In this document: in pieces, positions 10,993-22,133 of the stretch | How the letters are laid out: every line of letters starts with the position of its first letter | How positions within the stretch are numbered: the first letter of the stretch is position 1 | Origin: Candidatus Oxydemutatoraceae bacterium | GTDB lineage: Bacteria; Pseudomonadota; Gammaproteobacteria; Poriferisulfidales; Oxydemutatoraceae | Reading direction: 5' to 3' | Assembly (NCBI GenBank): GCA_965220085.1 | Contig: CBDCOZ010000003.1 | Span: forward strand, 1,696,001 to 1,760,000 | DNA length: 64,000 bases | Notes under the pieces: generated by a model | What the model saw: only the letters and a program-made list of their open reading frames with translations | Databases searched by the model: none | What the model was told of the DNA's origin: nothing | Translations under genes and position numbers: made by a program

Positions 10993-11518
10993 CTTTTGCT
11001 CCCATCCGCTTGGCCAGTCCGGCGGCTTTGGCCCGCGCCTTATCCAGAAACTTCATCTTCAACATCGCTTCGCGCGCCGCCTCCAAATCACGCGCTTGCC
11101 ATGCCAGCTCAAAGCAATCCCGCATGTCGGTCAGGCGTTGCGAAATATCGTCCAGCAGTTTCGCGGCATCCGCGACAGAGCCCTTGTCAGCGGCCGCTTC
11201 AATCGCCTCCTCCAACTCCATCTGCCGCAAAAGAAATTCCCCGTCAGCGGTCGTGTCTTTCTCCGAATCAAGCGCCAGGCCCGCGGTCTGCAACAGATAA
11301 GCCGCCCTGCTGCACGCATCGCTGAGCACGCGATAGGCTTCGTTCACAGCGGCCGATTTGACAGCCATCAAACGTTGCTCGCGTTCGCCGGCATTGATAT
11401 GACGGTCCGGGTGTAGCAACGCTTGCAAACCCAAATACCTGCTCTCGAGCAGGCTTTCGTCAATACGAAACGCGACCGGCAACTCAAACAATTCAAAGTG
11501 ATTTTGCGCAACCGTCAT
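10970..11518 (-). CDS. hscB: co-chaperone HscB
   Basis: J domain with HPD; isc context. Confidence 0.96.
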   Translation of the reverse strand: MTVAQNHFELFELPVAFRIDESLLESRYLGLQALLHPDRHINAGEREQRLMAVKSAAVNEAYRVLSDACSRAAYLLQTAGLALDSEKDTTADGEFLLRQMELEEAIEAAADKGSVADAAKLLDDISQRLTDMRDCFELAWQARDLEAAREAMLKMKFLDKARAKAAGLAKRMGAKDELVATG

Positions 11519-11522
11519 CGCA

Positions 11523-11548
11523 CATCCGCCGAAATGAAGCGGCGGATG
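11523..11548. other. GC-rich hairpin between iscA and hscB (attenuator or RNA stability element)
   Basis: Perfect 9-bp stem catccgccg-N8-cggcggatg; no U-tract. Confidence 0.5.
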
Positions 11549-11554
11549 CGACTG

Positions 11555-11881
11555 TCAAACAGAGAAGCTCTCACCGCAACCGCAACGAGCCTTTTCGTTG
11601 GGATTGATAAACTTAAACCCTTCATTCAGGCCTTCCTTAGCGAAATCAAGTCGCGTATCCTCGGATAAATACGCCAATGTTTTCGCATCGATGACAAGCG
11701 TGACTCCTTTGTCTTCAAACACCTTGTCATCGACACGCACCTCATCGGCGTATTCAATCGTATACGCAAGCCCGGAACAGCCGGTCGTTTTGACGCCGAG
11801 GCGCACCCCGATGCCCTTGCCGCGCGACTCGATATGCCGCTTAAAACGATCAGCCGCGCTGTCAGTCAGAGTAATGGACAC
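11555..11881 (-). CDS. iscA: Fe-S assembly protein IscA
   Basis: TTGCSGLAY...CGCGESF. Confidence 0.97.
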   Translation of the reverse strand: MSITLTDSAADRFKRHIESRGKGIGVRLGVKTTGCSGLAYTIEYADEVRVDDKVFEDKGVTLVIDAKTLAYLSEDTRLDFAKEGLNEGFKFINPNEKARCGCGESFSV

Positions 11882-11892
11882 AATGCGCGCGC

Positions 11893-12288
11893 TTACTCGC
11901 TTTCAACAACCGCCTGCTTGTCGCGATAGTCTTTGACCGCGGCTTTGATTGCGTCTTCGGCCAGTATCGAGCAATGAATCTTCGCCGGCGGCAAAGAAAG
12001 CTCATTGGCTATGTCCGCATTCTTGATCTCTCCCGCCTCGCTCAAGGTCCTGCCGCGCACCCACTCTGTCAACAAGCTGGATGAAGCGATTGCCGAACCG
12101 CAACCATAGGTTTTGAACTTGGCATCTTCTATCACCCCTTCGTCATTGACTTTGATTTGCAGCTTCATGACATCGCCGCACGCCGGAGCGCCGACCATGC
12201 CGGTGCCGACGCTGGTGTCGTCTTTGGCAAAAGAGCCCACATTTCTCGGATTTTCATAGTGATCCAACACTTTTTTTCCATATGACAT
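11893..12288 (-). CDS. iscU: Fe-S scaffold IscU
   Basis: Start [18 protein letters not shown]; [16 protein letters not shown]. Confidence 0.98.
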   Translation of the reverse strand: MSYGKKVLDHYENPRNVGSFAKDDTSVGTGMVGAPACGDVMKLQIKVNDEGVIEDAKFKTYGCGSAIASSSLLTEWVRGRTLSEAGEIKNADIANELSLPPAKIHCSILAEDAIKAAVKDYRDKQAVVESE

Positions 12289-12310
12289 TTTTCTCCCCCT
12301 GTTTGTAAAT

Positions 12311-13534
12311 TTAATGCGCCGCCCACTCGATTGAAGCGAGGTCAACGCCGTCTTTGTACATCTCCCACAACGGCGAGAGATCCCGTAATCTGGCAACCGA
12401 TGATTTTACCAAATCAATCGTATAATCAATTTCTTCGGCAGTCGTATAGCGTCCGACAGAAAAGCGGATGGAACTATGCGCCAACTCATCGTCGCGGCCC
12501 AAGGCGCGCAACACATAACTCGGTTCGAGTGACGCCGAAGTGCACGCCGAACCGCTGGAAACCGCAATCGTCTTCAGCGCCATGATCAGCGACTCGCCTT
12601 CGACATAGTTGAAGCTGACATTCAAATTGCCGGCAACCCGTTGCGTCAAACTGCCGTTACAATACACTTCCTCAATGCCTTTGAGACCGTCCCACAAGCG
12701 GTTTCTCAACTTCAAAAGACGCGCGCTCTCCGCAGCCATCTCCTGCCCGGCAAGCATAAACGCTTCGCCCATGCCGACAATCTGGTGCGTCGCAAGCGTC
12801 CCCGAGCGCATGCCGCGCTCGTGTCCGCCGCCGTGCATCTGCGCTTCCACCCGCACCCGCGGCTTGCGTCTCACATACAATGCGCCGATTCCCTTGGGGC
12901 CGTATGCCTTATGCGCCGAGAAACTCATCAAATCGACTTTCAGCTCTTGCAAATCTATCGCTATCTTGCCGGCGCTCTGCGCGGCATCAACATGGAACAA
13001 AATGCCTTTGCTGCGCGCAATCTCCCCGATCGCCGCAATATCTTGTATGACGCCTATCTCATTATTAACGTGCATGACAGATATCAGAACGGTGTCCTCG
13101 CGCAAACTGTCTTTGAGAACATCCAAGTCCAACAGGCCGTCGGCTAAGGGCTCCAGATAGGTCACCTCGTATCCTTCCTTCTCAAGCTGGCGGCAGGTAT
13201 CCAGCACCGCCTTATGCTCGGTCTTGACCGTGATGACATGCTTGCCTTTTTTATGGTAGAAATGCGCCGCGCCTTTGATTGCCAAATTATTGGATTCGGT
13301 CGCGCCGCTGGTGAAAACGATTTCACGCGCATCCGCATGAACCAGCTTGGCAACTTGCGCGCGCGCGGTGTCGACCGCCTTTTCCGATTCCCACCCGAAG
13401 GTATGGCTGCGCGACGCCGGATTGCCAAATAGTCCGCCGATGGTCATGTAGCGCTTCATCTTTTCGGCGACCCGCTCATCCGTGGGCGTGGTCGCGCTAT
13501 AATCAAGGTAAATAGGTAATTGAACTTCGGACAT
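12311..13534 (-). CDS. iscS: cysteine desulfurase IscS
   Basis: Start [15 protein letters not shown] after GAGGAGG; [12 protein letters not shown], ends EWAAH. Confidence 0.99.
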   Translation of the reverse strand: MSEVQLPIYLDYSATTPTDERVAEKMKRYMTIGGLFGNPASRSHTFGWESEKAVDTARAQVAKLVHADAREIVFTSGATESNNLAIKGAAHFYHKKGKHVITVKTEHKAVLDTCRQLEKEGYEVTYLEPLADGLLDLDVLKDSLREDTVLISVMHVNNEIGVIQDIAAIGEIARSKGILFHVDAAQSAGKIAIDLQELKVDLMSFSAHKAYGPKGIGALYVRRKPRVRVEAQMHGGGHERGMRSGTLATHQIVGMGEAFMLAGQEMAAESARLLKLRNRLWDGLKGIEEVYCNGSLTQRVAGNLNVSFNYVEGESLIMALKTIAVSSGSACTSASLEPSYVLRALGRDDELAHSSIRFSVGRYTTAEEIDYTIDLVKSSVARLRDLSPLWEMYKDGVDLASIEWAAH

Positions 13535-13553
13535 GGTGTAACCTCCTCGCAGA

Positions 13554-14024
13554 CTATGCCGTGTTTGCCGAACCGGCGTTGATTTCCAGCAGGCGATCCT
13601 GCCTTTTGGCAACGGAACGAACGCGACTTTGCGAAATAATATCAAATAAGCGAATGCCGTTAAACACACTGTCAAAACGATCATTCAAATCCTCCCATAA
13701 CGCGTGCGTAAGACACACTTCGTTGTTCTGACAATTTTGTTGCCCGCCGCAACGCGTGTTGTCAACCTTCTCTTCCACCGCATTAATGATATCCGCCAGC
13801 GATATCTGATCATGGCTCCTGCCGAGACGATAGCCGCCGCCGGGTCCTCTTTGGCTGCTGACCAAACCGCATTTGGACATCTGCGCAAGCAAATGCCCGA
13901 GATAAGAAAGCGGAATATTCTGGCGCGTCGCGATAGCGGATAGCGAGACCGCTCCCTGACCCTCGTGCAAAGCCACATCGGCCAAGGCGGTTATGGCATA
14001 TCTCCCTCTGGTTGTTAGGTGCAT
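13554..14024 (-). CDS. iscR: Rrf2-family regulator IscR
   Basis: [10 protein letters not shown]; three Cys (RC...NC...CLTH). Confidence 0.96.
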   Translation of the reverse strand: MHLTTRGRYAITALADVALHEGQGAVSLSAIATRQNIPLSYLGHLLAQMSKCGLVSSQRGPGGGYRLGRSHDQISLADIINAVEEKVDNTRCGGQQNCQNNEVCLTHALWEDLNDRFDSVFNGIRLFDIISQSRVRSVAKRQDRLLEINAGSANTA

Positions 14025-14043
14025 ACTTTTTAACTCCCAAGTA

Positions 14044-14068
14044 ATAATTGACCATTTTACACAAGATT
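14044..14068. promoter_or_regulatory. possible IscR type-1 operator upstream of iscR
   Basis: ataattgaccattttacacaagatt partly matches the IscR type-1 consensus at the expected autoregulatory position. Confidence 0.4.
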
Positions 14069-14312
14069 TAGATATTGTCACTCCCGAGTGCCGAAACCGT
14101 TGTAATAGCAGGGATATTCATTGCTTTGCGGCATCCGCAAAGCGGCGTAAAAAGCATCTCCGACAGGCGGACATGCCCCGATACCGCCCGCACAACGAAC
14201 CCCGCCGAGCATAAACCGGCGCATGCGATAGGCCGATGCGTCACATGCTGTATCGGTAACAAACTGTTGTTATAATACAGCCCTATGTTCCAAGCTTTAG
14301 TCACCGCAACAA

Positions 14313-15290
14313 ATGGATAACTCTGCCAAAATCGCTGTCATCATACCGAACTTCAATCGCAAAAGCATCATTATCAAAACACTCGATTGCGTGAAAGCGC
14401 AAACATTGCCGCCGCATCGCCTCATCATCATTGATGACGCATCTACCGACGGCAGCGAACAAACCATCGACACCTGGATCAAAGAGAGCGACATATCGTT
14501 TGAGACGCAACTGCTGATCAACGAAAAGAATATGGGCGCGCCCGCATCAAGAAACCGGGGATTACAACACATCGGAGATTGCGAATTCGTCTACTTTCTT
14601 GACTCAGACGACTATCCGCCGGACTCGTTTCTGGAAAAAGTAACGGAGAAAATGGCCTCAGACCCCGAATTGGTAGCGGTCAGCAGCGATAGAACTATGT
14701 ACTATGAAGACTCTCAAGAAACCATCTGTCAGTCGGCGATAAGCGATAACCCTTGGGAGTGGTTTTTGTGCAACGGAGCGGGCATCGCCTCGTGCACTTT
14801 GTTTCGGGCGCATGCCATCAAAGAGCTCAACGGCTTCAACCCTACTCTGCCGACGGGACACGACACCGAACTTTTTACCCGCCTCGCCGGCATGGGCAAG
14901 TGGGGTTATATGCCCGACTGTCCGGTGTCATTCCTGTACAGAAAGCAAGGACATCTGCGCTCCAAATATCATGATTACCTGCGCAGATGGGCGCTGATTT
15001 ACGAAGACTGCATCAACAACTTTGGCGGCAGAGAGCATATATCAAAAGACACCTATGGCGCGTTATTATCGTGGCGCTGGTTTGTGGCGGGAGCACAACT
15101 CCTGCGACACGGAAAAATCGCCGAAGCGAATGATTGTTTTCGCAGATCCTTGGCTTGGAAATTCAAAAGGAACTGGTCGCTCGTTTTCCTCCTCATCGTA
15201 TCTCCGGTCATCAGAGCGCTGCCTTCCGCCGCCATTATGCGCATGATGGATTCTTCGTCATGGATTAAATCCATCTTCGCAAAGTTATAG
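14313..15290 (+). CDS. glycosyltransferase family 2
   Basis: IIPNFNR, IIDDASTD, FLDSDD. Confidence 0.92.
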   Translation: MDNSAKIAVIIPNFNRKSIIIKTLDCVKAQTLPPHRLIIIDDASTDGSEQTIDTWIKESDISFETQLLINEKNMGAPASRNRGLQHIGDCEFVYFLDSDDYPPDSFLEKVTEKMASDPELVAVSSDRTMYYEDSQETICQSAISDNPWEWFLCNGAGIASCTLFRAHAIKELNGFNPTLPTGHDTELFTRLAGMGKWGYMPDCPVSFLYRKQGHLRSKYHDYLRRWALIYEDCINNFGGREHISKDTYGALLSWRWFVAGAQLLRHGKIAEANDCFRRSLAWKFKRNWSLVFLLIVSPVIRALPSAAIMRMMDSSSWIKSIFAKL

Positions 15291-15319
15291 CCCCGCAGAC
15301 AACCGAAAAGCGACATCTC

Positions 15320-16156
15320 ATGCAAGCCTCGCCATATCCGATTTTCGTCATCAACCTGCCGCGCTCGCGGGAGCGCAGAGAGTATATTGACAAACAGCTG
15401 CGGCAACTCGGCATGAACTACGAGTTGGCGGAAGCGGTGGACGGTCAGCGACTGACAGAGCCCGAGATGCGCGAACGATATGGCGAACAGCTTTTTAATG
15501 TGAACCCCTATAACCAACAGATCATGACGCCCGGCGCCGTCGGTTGTCTGCTCAGCCATCTCAAGCTCTATGATGTGATCATTGAACGGGATATTGAAAT
15601 CGCTTGTATTCTGGAAGACGATGCCAAAATATTGCCCGGCTTCGCTCAAATTATGGAATCGTCGGCTCTGCGCAACAGCGCCTGGGAAGTGTTGTTGCTG
15701 GGGCATTACTCCATGCGCCATCGGTCGCTTGAGCGCGGCGCCGAGACCGGGTTCTGGAAAAGCAAGGTCTGCGCAGACCACTACATCGCCAAACCCGCCG
15801 AATTTCCTTTCCTGACCCTCGGCTATATGATCAAGAAATCGGCGGCGGAGAAACTGAGACGGTTTGCCTACCCTTTGCGCATGCCCGCCGACTGGGTGAC
15901 CGCCAATGCGGAATTAGCCGGAGCGCGTTTGCGCCTGATCACGCCGCCGTGCCTGCTGTGCGAAGACAGATACAGGGATAACTCTCTGGTTGGCAGCAAA
16001 CATGGCGACAAGGCGAAGCCGCCTTGCCGAAAAAAACTCCCGTTCATCGTTCTGCTGCTGAGAAGATTGGCCGGGAAAGCATACTATGAGATACAAAAAA
16101 TACTGGTAAAGACAAACATCACCCCGAAATCATACACCCGGAGAATTAAGCCATGA
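15320..16156 (+). CDS. glycosyltransferase family 25 (LPS biosynthesis type)
   Basis: IFVINL..S.ERR, AVDG, GCLLSH, ILEDD. Confidence 0.92.
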   Translation: MQASPYPIFVINLPRSRERREYIDKQLRQLGMNYELAEAVDGQRLTEPEMRERYGEQLFNVNPYNQQIMTPGAVGCLLSHLKLYDVIIERDIEIACILEDDAKILPGFAQIMESSALRNSAWEVLLLGHYSMRHRSLERGAETGFWKSKVCADHYIAKPAEFPFLTLGYMIKKSAAEKLRRFAYPLRMPADWVTANAELAGARLRLITPPCLLCEDRYRDNSLVGSKHGDKAKPPCRKKLPFIVLLLRRLAGKAYYEIQKILVKTNITPKSYTRRIKP

Positions 16157-17112
16157 GTACCGAACCCTCCAATATAAGCATCGTCACCCCGATACTAAAC
16201 CGGGCGCCTTTTATACCGCCTTTGCTATCCGCTATGGCAAACCAGACTCTGTTACCGGACCGAGTGATTATCATCGACGACGGTTCCGACGACGCGCCCG
16301 ATGCCGCCATCCGCGAGTGGCAAAACGCCAACCCGAAGTCATTTGACATCGAGTATGTTCGCCATCCCCGAACGCTCGGCGTATCGCAAGCTCGCAACAG
16401 CGGCATCCAAGCGCTCGAAGGAAAGAATTGCGAGTTCGTATACTTCCTTGATTCGGACGATATGCCCCCTCCGAAGTTCCTCGAAGCAACCCGCGCCGCC
16501 CTCGCGGCGGATGCGAGCGCGGTCGCCGCGACCACCGACCGGATTATCATCTCGGATACCGATGAGACCTATCTCGATCAGTCGGAAATCATGCAAAACC
16601 CCTGGCGATGGTTTTTGATTCGCGGTGCGGGAGTCGCATCATGCACCTTGTTGCGTATGGCAACGGTACGCGAAGTCGGAGGCTTCAATACCACTTTGGA
16701 AACAGCCGAAGACACCGAATTCTTCTGCCAAATTGCAAACCACGGCAAATGGGCGTATGCCATCGGCGCCCCGGTGAAGTACCTGCAAAAGAGCAACTTA
16801 GTCCACCTGCGCAACCTGCACAACGATTATCTCAGACGGTGGGCGCTGGTTTTTGAAAATTGCATTGAGAATTTCGGCATGAGAGAAAACATAGAACTCC
16901 GGCTCATACGCAGAGAAATGGCCAAAAGGTGGCGCCACGCGGGAGAGCAACTCTTTACCCAAGGGCGGTACGACGAATCGGAAGAATGCATCCGCCGGGC
17001 GCTGGCATGGAGCATCGTTGCGCGCAGGAATCTCGCATGGATGGCGGTACACATCTTACTGAGACGGCTGGTAAAAAACTGGGTCTTAACGGTCAGGAAA
17101 AGCGGCTATTAA
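16153..17112 (+). CDS. glycosyltransferase family 2 (paralog of 14313)
   Basis: IIDDGSDD, EFVYFLDSDD; DYLRRWAL shared with 14313. Confidence 0.92.
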   Translation: MSTEPSNISIVTPILNRAPFIPPLLSAMANQTLLPDRVIIIDDGSDDAPDAAIREWQNANPKSFDIEYVRHPRTLGVSQARNSGIQALEGKNCEFVYFLDSDDMPPPKFLEATRAALAADASAVAATTDRIIISDTDETYLDQSEIMQNPWRWFLIRGAGVASCTLLRMATVREVGGFNTTLETAEDTEFFCQIANHGKWAYAIGAPVKYLQKSNLVHLRNLHNDYLRRWALVFENCIENFGMRENIELRLIRREMAKRWRHAGEQLFTQGRYDESEECIRRALAWSIVARRNLAWMAVHILLRRLVKNWVLTVRKSGY

Positions 17113-17161
17113 CCGACCGAGGTTCTCCGCCCGCAACGCATCAACTCAGGAAAACGCTGCC

Positions 17162-17962
17162 ATGTCCCCCTATCTCAGAATCGCCCAAGAAACCGCCCTT
17201 GCCGCCGGCCGCATATTGCGCCATAGCGCCAGACAAGGACACAAAATCCGCGTCTGGGAAAAAAACAAAAATGATCCCGTCAGCGAAACGGATTTGGAAT
17301 GCGAAAAAGAAATCGTCGACAGACTGACCCGCGCCTATCCCGATCACGGCATCCTGTCGGAAGAAGACACGACCGCCAACCGACAAGCCGACATGCGCTG
17401 GGTGATAGACCCCATAGACGGCACCAGAAACTTTGCCAGCGGCATTGCGCATTTCGCCATATCGCTGGCCCTGACGAACAAACAAGACATTCTGGTCGGC
17501 GTCGTATACGACCCGATCAAAGAAGAAATGTTCTGTGCCGAGCAAGGCGGCGGCGCGCACCTGAACCAAAAAAGAATTCGGGTCGGCGCCTATAAAACCA
17601 TCGCCGGATCGATGCTGGCAACAGGCATCCCGTATTGCGAAAGTCACGATATAGATGCCTACATGAAAACGCTGAACACCGTCGTACGACAAGGCGTCAA
17701 TATCCGCCGCATGGGAGCGGCGTCTTTGGACTTGGCATATGTGGCATGCGCAAGGTTTGACGCCTTCTGGGAATTCGGGCTTCAGCCGTGGGACATCGCA
17801 GCCGGCATCCTGCTCGTGCGCGAAGCCGGCGGCCTAGTCAAAGAAGCGAGCAAAGCCGGCAAAGGGGCGCTTGACTCCGGAGACATACTCGCGGGCAACC
17901 CCGACATGGTGGAAAAAATGTCGGCCGCGCTGGCACAGACACCGCGACCGGCGCGGATATAA
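17162..17962 (+). CDS. suhB: inositol monophosphatase SuhB
   Basis: WVIDPIDGTRNF, WDIAAG. Confidence 0.93.
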   Translation: MSPYLRIAQETALAAGRILRHSARQGHKIRVWEKNKNDPVSETDLECEKEIVDRLTRAYPDHGILSEEDTTANRQADMRWVIDPIDGTRNFASGIAHFAISLALTNKQDILVGVVYDPIKEEMFCAEQGGGAHLNQKRIRVGAYKTIAGSMLATGIPYCESHDIDAYMKTLNTVVRQGVNIRRMGAASLDLAYVACARFDAFWEFGLQPWDIAAGILLVREAGGLVKEASKAGKGALDSGDILAGNPDMVEKMSAALAQTPRPARI

Positions 17963-17992
17963 TGACTGCTTCCGTCATCAAAACTTTGTAAC

Positions 17993-19159
17993 ATGGCAAA
18001 CATCATGGCAAACATCATGGCAACAGCGAAACAAAACACCGTCATGCGCGACTGCATCCAAAAGGTCGCGACCGGCCCCGAATACAGCAAAGACCTCAGT
18101 TTTGACGAAGCCCGCGCAGCGATGAGAGAAATCCTAAAGCCCGGCAGCGACCCGGTACAAGCCGCCGTCTTGCTCATCGGCTTGAGAATGAAACGCGAAA
18201 CACAGCCGGAAAACAGAGGCGCCCTGAAAGCAATCTGCGAAGTCATCGACTGCCTGACCGCCGATGCCGACCAAGTGATAGACATCGCCGACCCCTATGA
18301 CGGCTTTGCGCGCGGCTTGCCGGTCTCCCCCTTCCTGCCGGCGCTGCTTGCGAGCTTGGGTCTCGCAGCGTTCGCCCACGGGGTGGACAGCGTTGGCCCG
18401 AAATACGGGGCGACGCACCCCAAAGTTCTGCGCGCAGCCGGCGTCGCTGTCGACCTGTCGCCGCAACAGGCGTTGGCACAGTTGAATGACATTGGCTGGA
18501 CCTACATTGACCAGAGCGCGTTCTGCCCGCCGCTGTACGCGCTCATCTCATTGCGCGCGCGCATCGTCAAACGCCCCCTTTTAACCACGCTTGAAGTCCT
18601 GACCGGCCCGATCAAAGGCCGCCGCAGCACGCGCCTAATCACCGGTTATGTCCACAAAGCCTATCCGCCAATCTACCTTGATCTGGCAAAATGCGCCGGC
18701 TTCAAATCCGCCGCCGTAATACGCGGGTGCGAAGGAGGAATCATTCCTTCGCTACAACAGCGATCAAGACTGTTTGAATACACCGCCGAGAGCGCCGTAA
18801 GCGATGACGATATCGAGGAACAGATGCAAAAACGGGAGTTGGACCCGACCGCGCTTGCTATCCGGCAAGACAGCAGAGCGGTGCCGATTCCGGACACGCT
18901 GACCCCGCGACAGGCCGTCGGCGACAAGATAGAATCCAAGATAGATGCCGACAGCCTCGCACAGTGCGCGGCGCAAGCGGGGCTCGAAGCATTGCAAGGC
19001 AAAGCCGGCCCCGCGCGCGATAGTCTGCTCTACGCCGCCGCCATCGTGCTGACGCATATCGGCCGTTGCGACTCCCTGCCGGAAGCGTATCGGGAGGCCG
19101 AAAAGAAGGTAGACAAAGGGGAAGCCTTGGCCTGCTTTCAAAAAGCCCTCGCATCCTGA
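17993..19159 (+). CDS. glycosyltransferase family 3 / anthranilate phosphoribosyltransferase-like protein (YbiB-like)
   Basis: IQKVATGPEYSKDL, LIGLRMKRE, TrpD-like motifs; start ambiguous because of a 12-bp tandem (MANIMANIMAT). Confidence 0.8.
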   Translation: MANIMANIMATAKQNTVMRDCIQKVATGPEYSKDLSFDEARAAMREILKPGSDPVQAAVLLIGLRMKRETQPENRGALKAICEVIDCLTADADQVIDIADPYDGFARGLPVSPFLPALLASLGLAAFAHGVDSVGPKYGATHPKVLRAAGVAVDLSPQQALAQLNDIGWTYIDQSAFCPPLYALISLRARIVKRPLLTTLEVLTGPIKGRRSTRLITGYVHKAYPPIYLDLAKCAGFKSAAVIRGCEGGIIPSLQQRSRLFEYTAESAVSDDDIEEQMQKRELDPTALAIRQDSRAVPIPDTLTPRQAVGDKIESKIDADSLAQCAAQAGLEALQGKAGPARDSLLYAAAIVLTHIGRCDSLPEAYREAEKKVDKGEALACFQKALAS

Positions 19160-19201
19160 TATAATGAGACTTATGCAAACAACCAACTTACAAACTTAAT
19201 A

Positions 19202-19402
19202 ATGGACGATTTATACAGAAACACTACGACCGCGATGGAAGAAGCCGGAGCGGACTCGGATTACATAATCGGATGGCAAGGAGGCTACCTCGGTCATCCC
19301 GCCCGTGAAAAACAGCGCGCATCGGAAGCCTATCTTGCGGGATATGCCGACGGACAGGAAAAGAACACTGCCAACTACGAGAAATGGGCTGACAACAAAT
19401 GA
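19202..19402 (+). CDS. Alvin_2107-like sulfur-globule oxidation protein
   Basis: GADSDYIIGWQGGYLGHPAREKQR...AYLAGYADG resembles the family as recalled; no database check. Confidence 0.7.
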   Translation: MDDLYRNTTTAMEEAGADSDYIIGWQGGYLGHPAREKQRASEAYLAGYADGQEKNTANYEKWADNK

Positions 19403-19517
19403 ACCCGCCCGCTTCAAACAGACCTCCGGATTGCCATTGCGATGACAACAGCGCGAGTACCGCGCGGCGGAGAAAGAAAGTGTCAGAGGGAACGCAAGAG
19501 GTGCGACAGGATACGAA

Positions 19518-19562
19518 GTCACTTGCAAGTGACGCGCACTGTGTGGCAGGCTACGGCACTAA
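19518..19562 (+). promoter_or_regulatory. LEGPLR-family promoter module with perfect 16-bp palindrome
   Basis: gtcacttgcaagtgac palindrome then gcgcactgtgtggcaggctacggcactaa; aligns with the TGgTATAGT region upstream of paralog 6; identical copy at 22031. Confidence 0.55.
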
Positions 19563-19620
19563 GAGTAGCAACACGCATTGCATAAGTATTCGCTAAACAC
19601 AAACCATGAGGAGAGATACC

Positions 19621-21547
19621 ATGAAACGAGAGTCTTTTAATACCCCCCCCCCCCCCCCCCCTGAACGGGCGGGCAACACTAACCCGGTTTAGCCTCCGGT
19701 CGCTCATTCTGCCGACCCTGTTTGTTATCTGCGCTCAGGCACAGAGCGCGCCTGTGGCTCAGGACAAAACCATCGATGTTCAGGTGGGCGATACGTTTTA
19801 CACCTTCACGGCGGATGACTTCCCGATAACCGATGCAGACGGTGATGATGGTCTGGCAGTTGGCAGTCGCATATACGTGGAGAGCTTGCCTGTTTCCGGC
19901 AGTAACGCACGAGGTAACTTGGTCACTGCGCCTCTTGGCGCCCGCGTAGTTTTAAGCACGGGAGATTTCGCCACCGAATCCCGCCTCCGGGCAGGCGAGT
20001 TCAGGTACGAGTTGTCCCCCGGTGCCACGAATGTTGTCAGCGGTTATGCCACTTTCACCTATAGCTACTCGGCCGATGAGGGCGCTACCCGTAGCAACAC
20101 CGCCACCATCACCATCAACCTGGCGAGGATGCAGACGCAGATGCCGGCAACCGGCGCGCCCACTGTGACGGCGCCGATGGGCAACACAGTCTGGGACGAG
20201 GATGCGCTCCACACCGCCACTGCTCGCGGTATCAGAGACCCCAATGGCTTTAGCGTCACAGAAGTCACCTGGCAGTGGCAACAGGCCGTCGTCGCCGACG
20301 GGGCAACCCCGGCGGACAGCGACTACGCCAATATTGCCGCGGACACCGCCACCTTTCTCTCCACCACATTCACACCGCTACAGGCACATGTGGGGAACTA
20401 CATACGGGTGTGCGCATCCTTCCCGGACAGCATCGTACCGGCCGTCCGCGAGCGACGTTGCACCGCAGGCAATGTCATCGCCAATGTCAACGATGCCCCG
20501 GTTGCGCAGAACAACACCATCTTTGTGCCGGTAGGCAGCAGTTATGCCTTCTCGGCGGGCGACTTCCCGTTCACAGATGAAGACGACGATGCGTTGGACG
20601 GAGTTGTCCTACAGACCATACCCGCCAACGGCGCCCTGAGCAGGGGTAGCACGGCTTTGACTGGCAGTCAGGTTCCCAGAACTGTAGCGCTGGATGATAT
20701 AGGCGCCATCAGCTACACAGCGACCGGTCAGAACCCGAGCGCAGGCTACGCCACTTTCACATTCAATGTGGTTGACGCCGGCAACGATGGTGTCAGCAAC
20801 AAGAACAGCACCAACACCGCCGCCATGACCATAGACCTGGTGCCGTCCGCGCCATCGGCGGCAACCGGCGCACCGACGGTGACGGCGGCATCGGGCGCCG
20901 CCTACAACGAAGGCGCGGAACTGACCGCAGCTATTGGCGACGTAGCCGATGCCAACGGCATCCCTGCCCACGGTCAGATGACGTGGCAATGGCAACAGTC
21001 CGCCACCACGGCCACCGACACATACGAAAACATAGCCGGAGCCACCGGCGCCGCCTTCGTGCCCGGGCGGGAACATGTCGGCCAATACATCCGCGCCTGC
21101 CTCGGTTTCACCGACGGCATAGGCGCCGCCGAGATGCGCTGCTCCGCCGGCAACATCATTGTCAGAGTCAATTCGGTGAGTGTGCCGATTACCGCCGACG
21201 CAAACGCGCCCTATACTTTCAAGCTATCCGACTTTATATTTCCGGGCGATGACATTGACAATCTGGTCAGCATCACCATAGTCACCACGATAGCATCGGG
21301 CAAGGGCATATTTCGCAACGACGGCGCCGCAGTAACCGCCAACACCACAGTGACCGCTGCCGGCCTGCGCAACGGCGACCTCACTTTCTATCCCCCGGCC
21401 AACACCGCCGCCGCCGATAGCTTTGCCAGTTTCACCTATACCGTGAACTATGGAGGCGCCAACACCGCCACCCGCACGATGAACATCAATCTGGCGGAGC
21501 GCCTGCGCTTGCGGCTGCGCCTGTTCCTCGAAGGGCCGTTGCGATAG
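19621..21547 (+). CDS. LEGPLR-family secreted protein, paralog 4, frameshifted at C19 tract (putative phase OFF)
   Basis: ATG at 19621 after GAGGAG gives MKRESFNTPPP...; the +1 frame continues LNGRATLTRFSLRSLILPTLFVICAQAQ into ORF 19754; ends RLRLRLRLFLEGPLR. Confidence 0.85.
19643..19661 (+). repeat. poly-C (C19) in signal-peptide coding region
   Basis: 19 C counted. Confidence 0.9.
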
Positions 21548-21714
21548 CGCGAGCGCCGCCTCGCAGGATTTGCGCCTAGCACGCTCCCTCGCGGGAAGCG
21601 TATCGGGAGGCCGAAAAGCAGATAGACAAAGGGGAAGCCCTGGCCTGCTTTCAAAAAGCCCTCGCATCCTGATATAATGAGACTTATGCAAACAACCAAC
21701 TTACAAACTTAATA

Positions 21715-21915
21715 ATGGACGATTTATACAGAAACACTACGACCGCGATGGAAGAAGCCGGAGCGGACTCGGATTACATAATCGGATGGCAAGGAGGTTA
21801 CCTCGGTCATCCCGCCCGTGAAAAACAGCGCGCATCGGAAGCCTATCTTGCGGGATATGCCGACGGACAGGAAAAGAACACTGCCAACTACGAGAAATGG
21901 GCTGACAACAAATGA
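21715..21915 (+). CDS. Alvin_2107-like protein, duplicate
   Basis: Protein identical to 19202..19402. Confidence 0.7.
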   Translation: MDDLYRNTTTAMEEAGADSDYIIGWQGGYLGHPAREKQRASEAYLAGYADGQEKNTANYEKWADNK

Positions 21916-22133
21916 ACCCGCCCGCTTCAAACAGACCTCCGGATTGCCATTGCGATGACAACAGCGCGAGTACCGCGCGGCGGAGAAAGAAAGTGTCAGA
22001 GGGAACGCAAGAGGTGCGACAGGATACGAAGTCACTTGCAAGTGACGCGCACTGTGTGGCAGGCTACGGCACTAAGAGTAGCAACACGCATTGCATAAAC
22101 ATTCGCTAAACACGAACCATGAGGAGAGAGACT

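Larger units (their letters stand above)
19081..19661 (+). repeat. ~580-bp direct repeat, copy 1 (GT3 3' end + small gene + promoter + ATG + poly-C)
   Basis: Near-identical to 21594..22168, offset 2513 bp. Confidence 0.95.
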
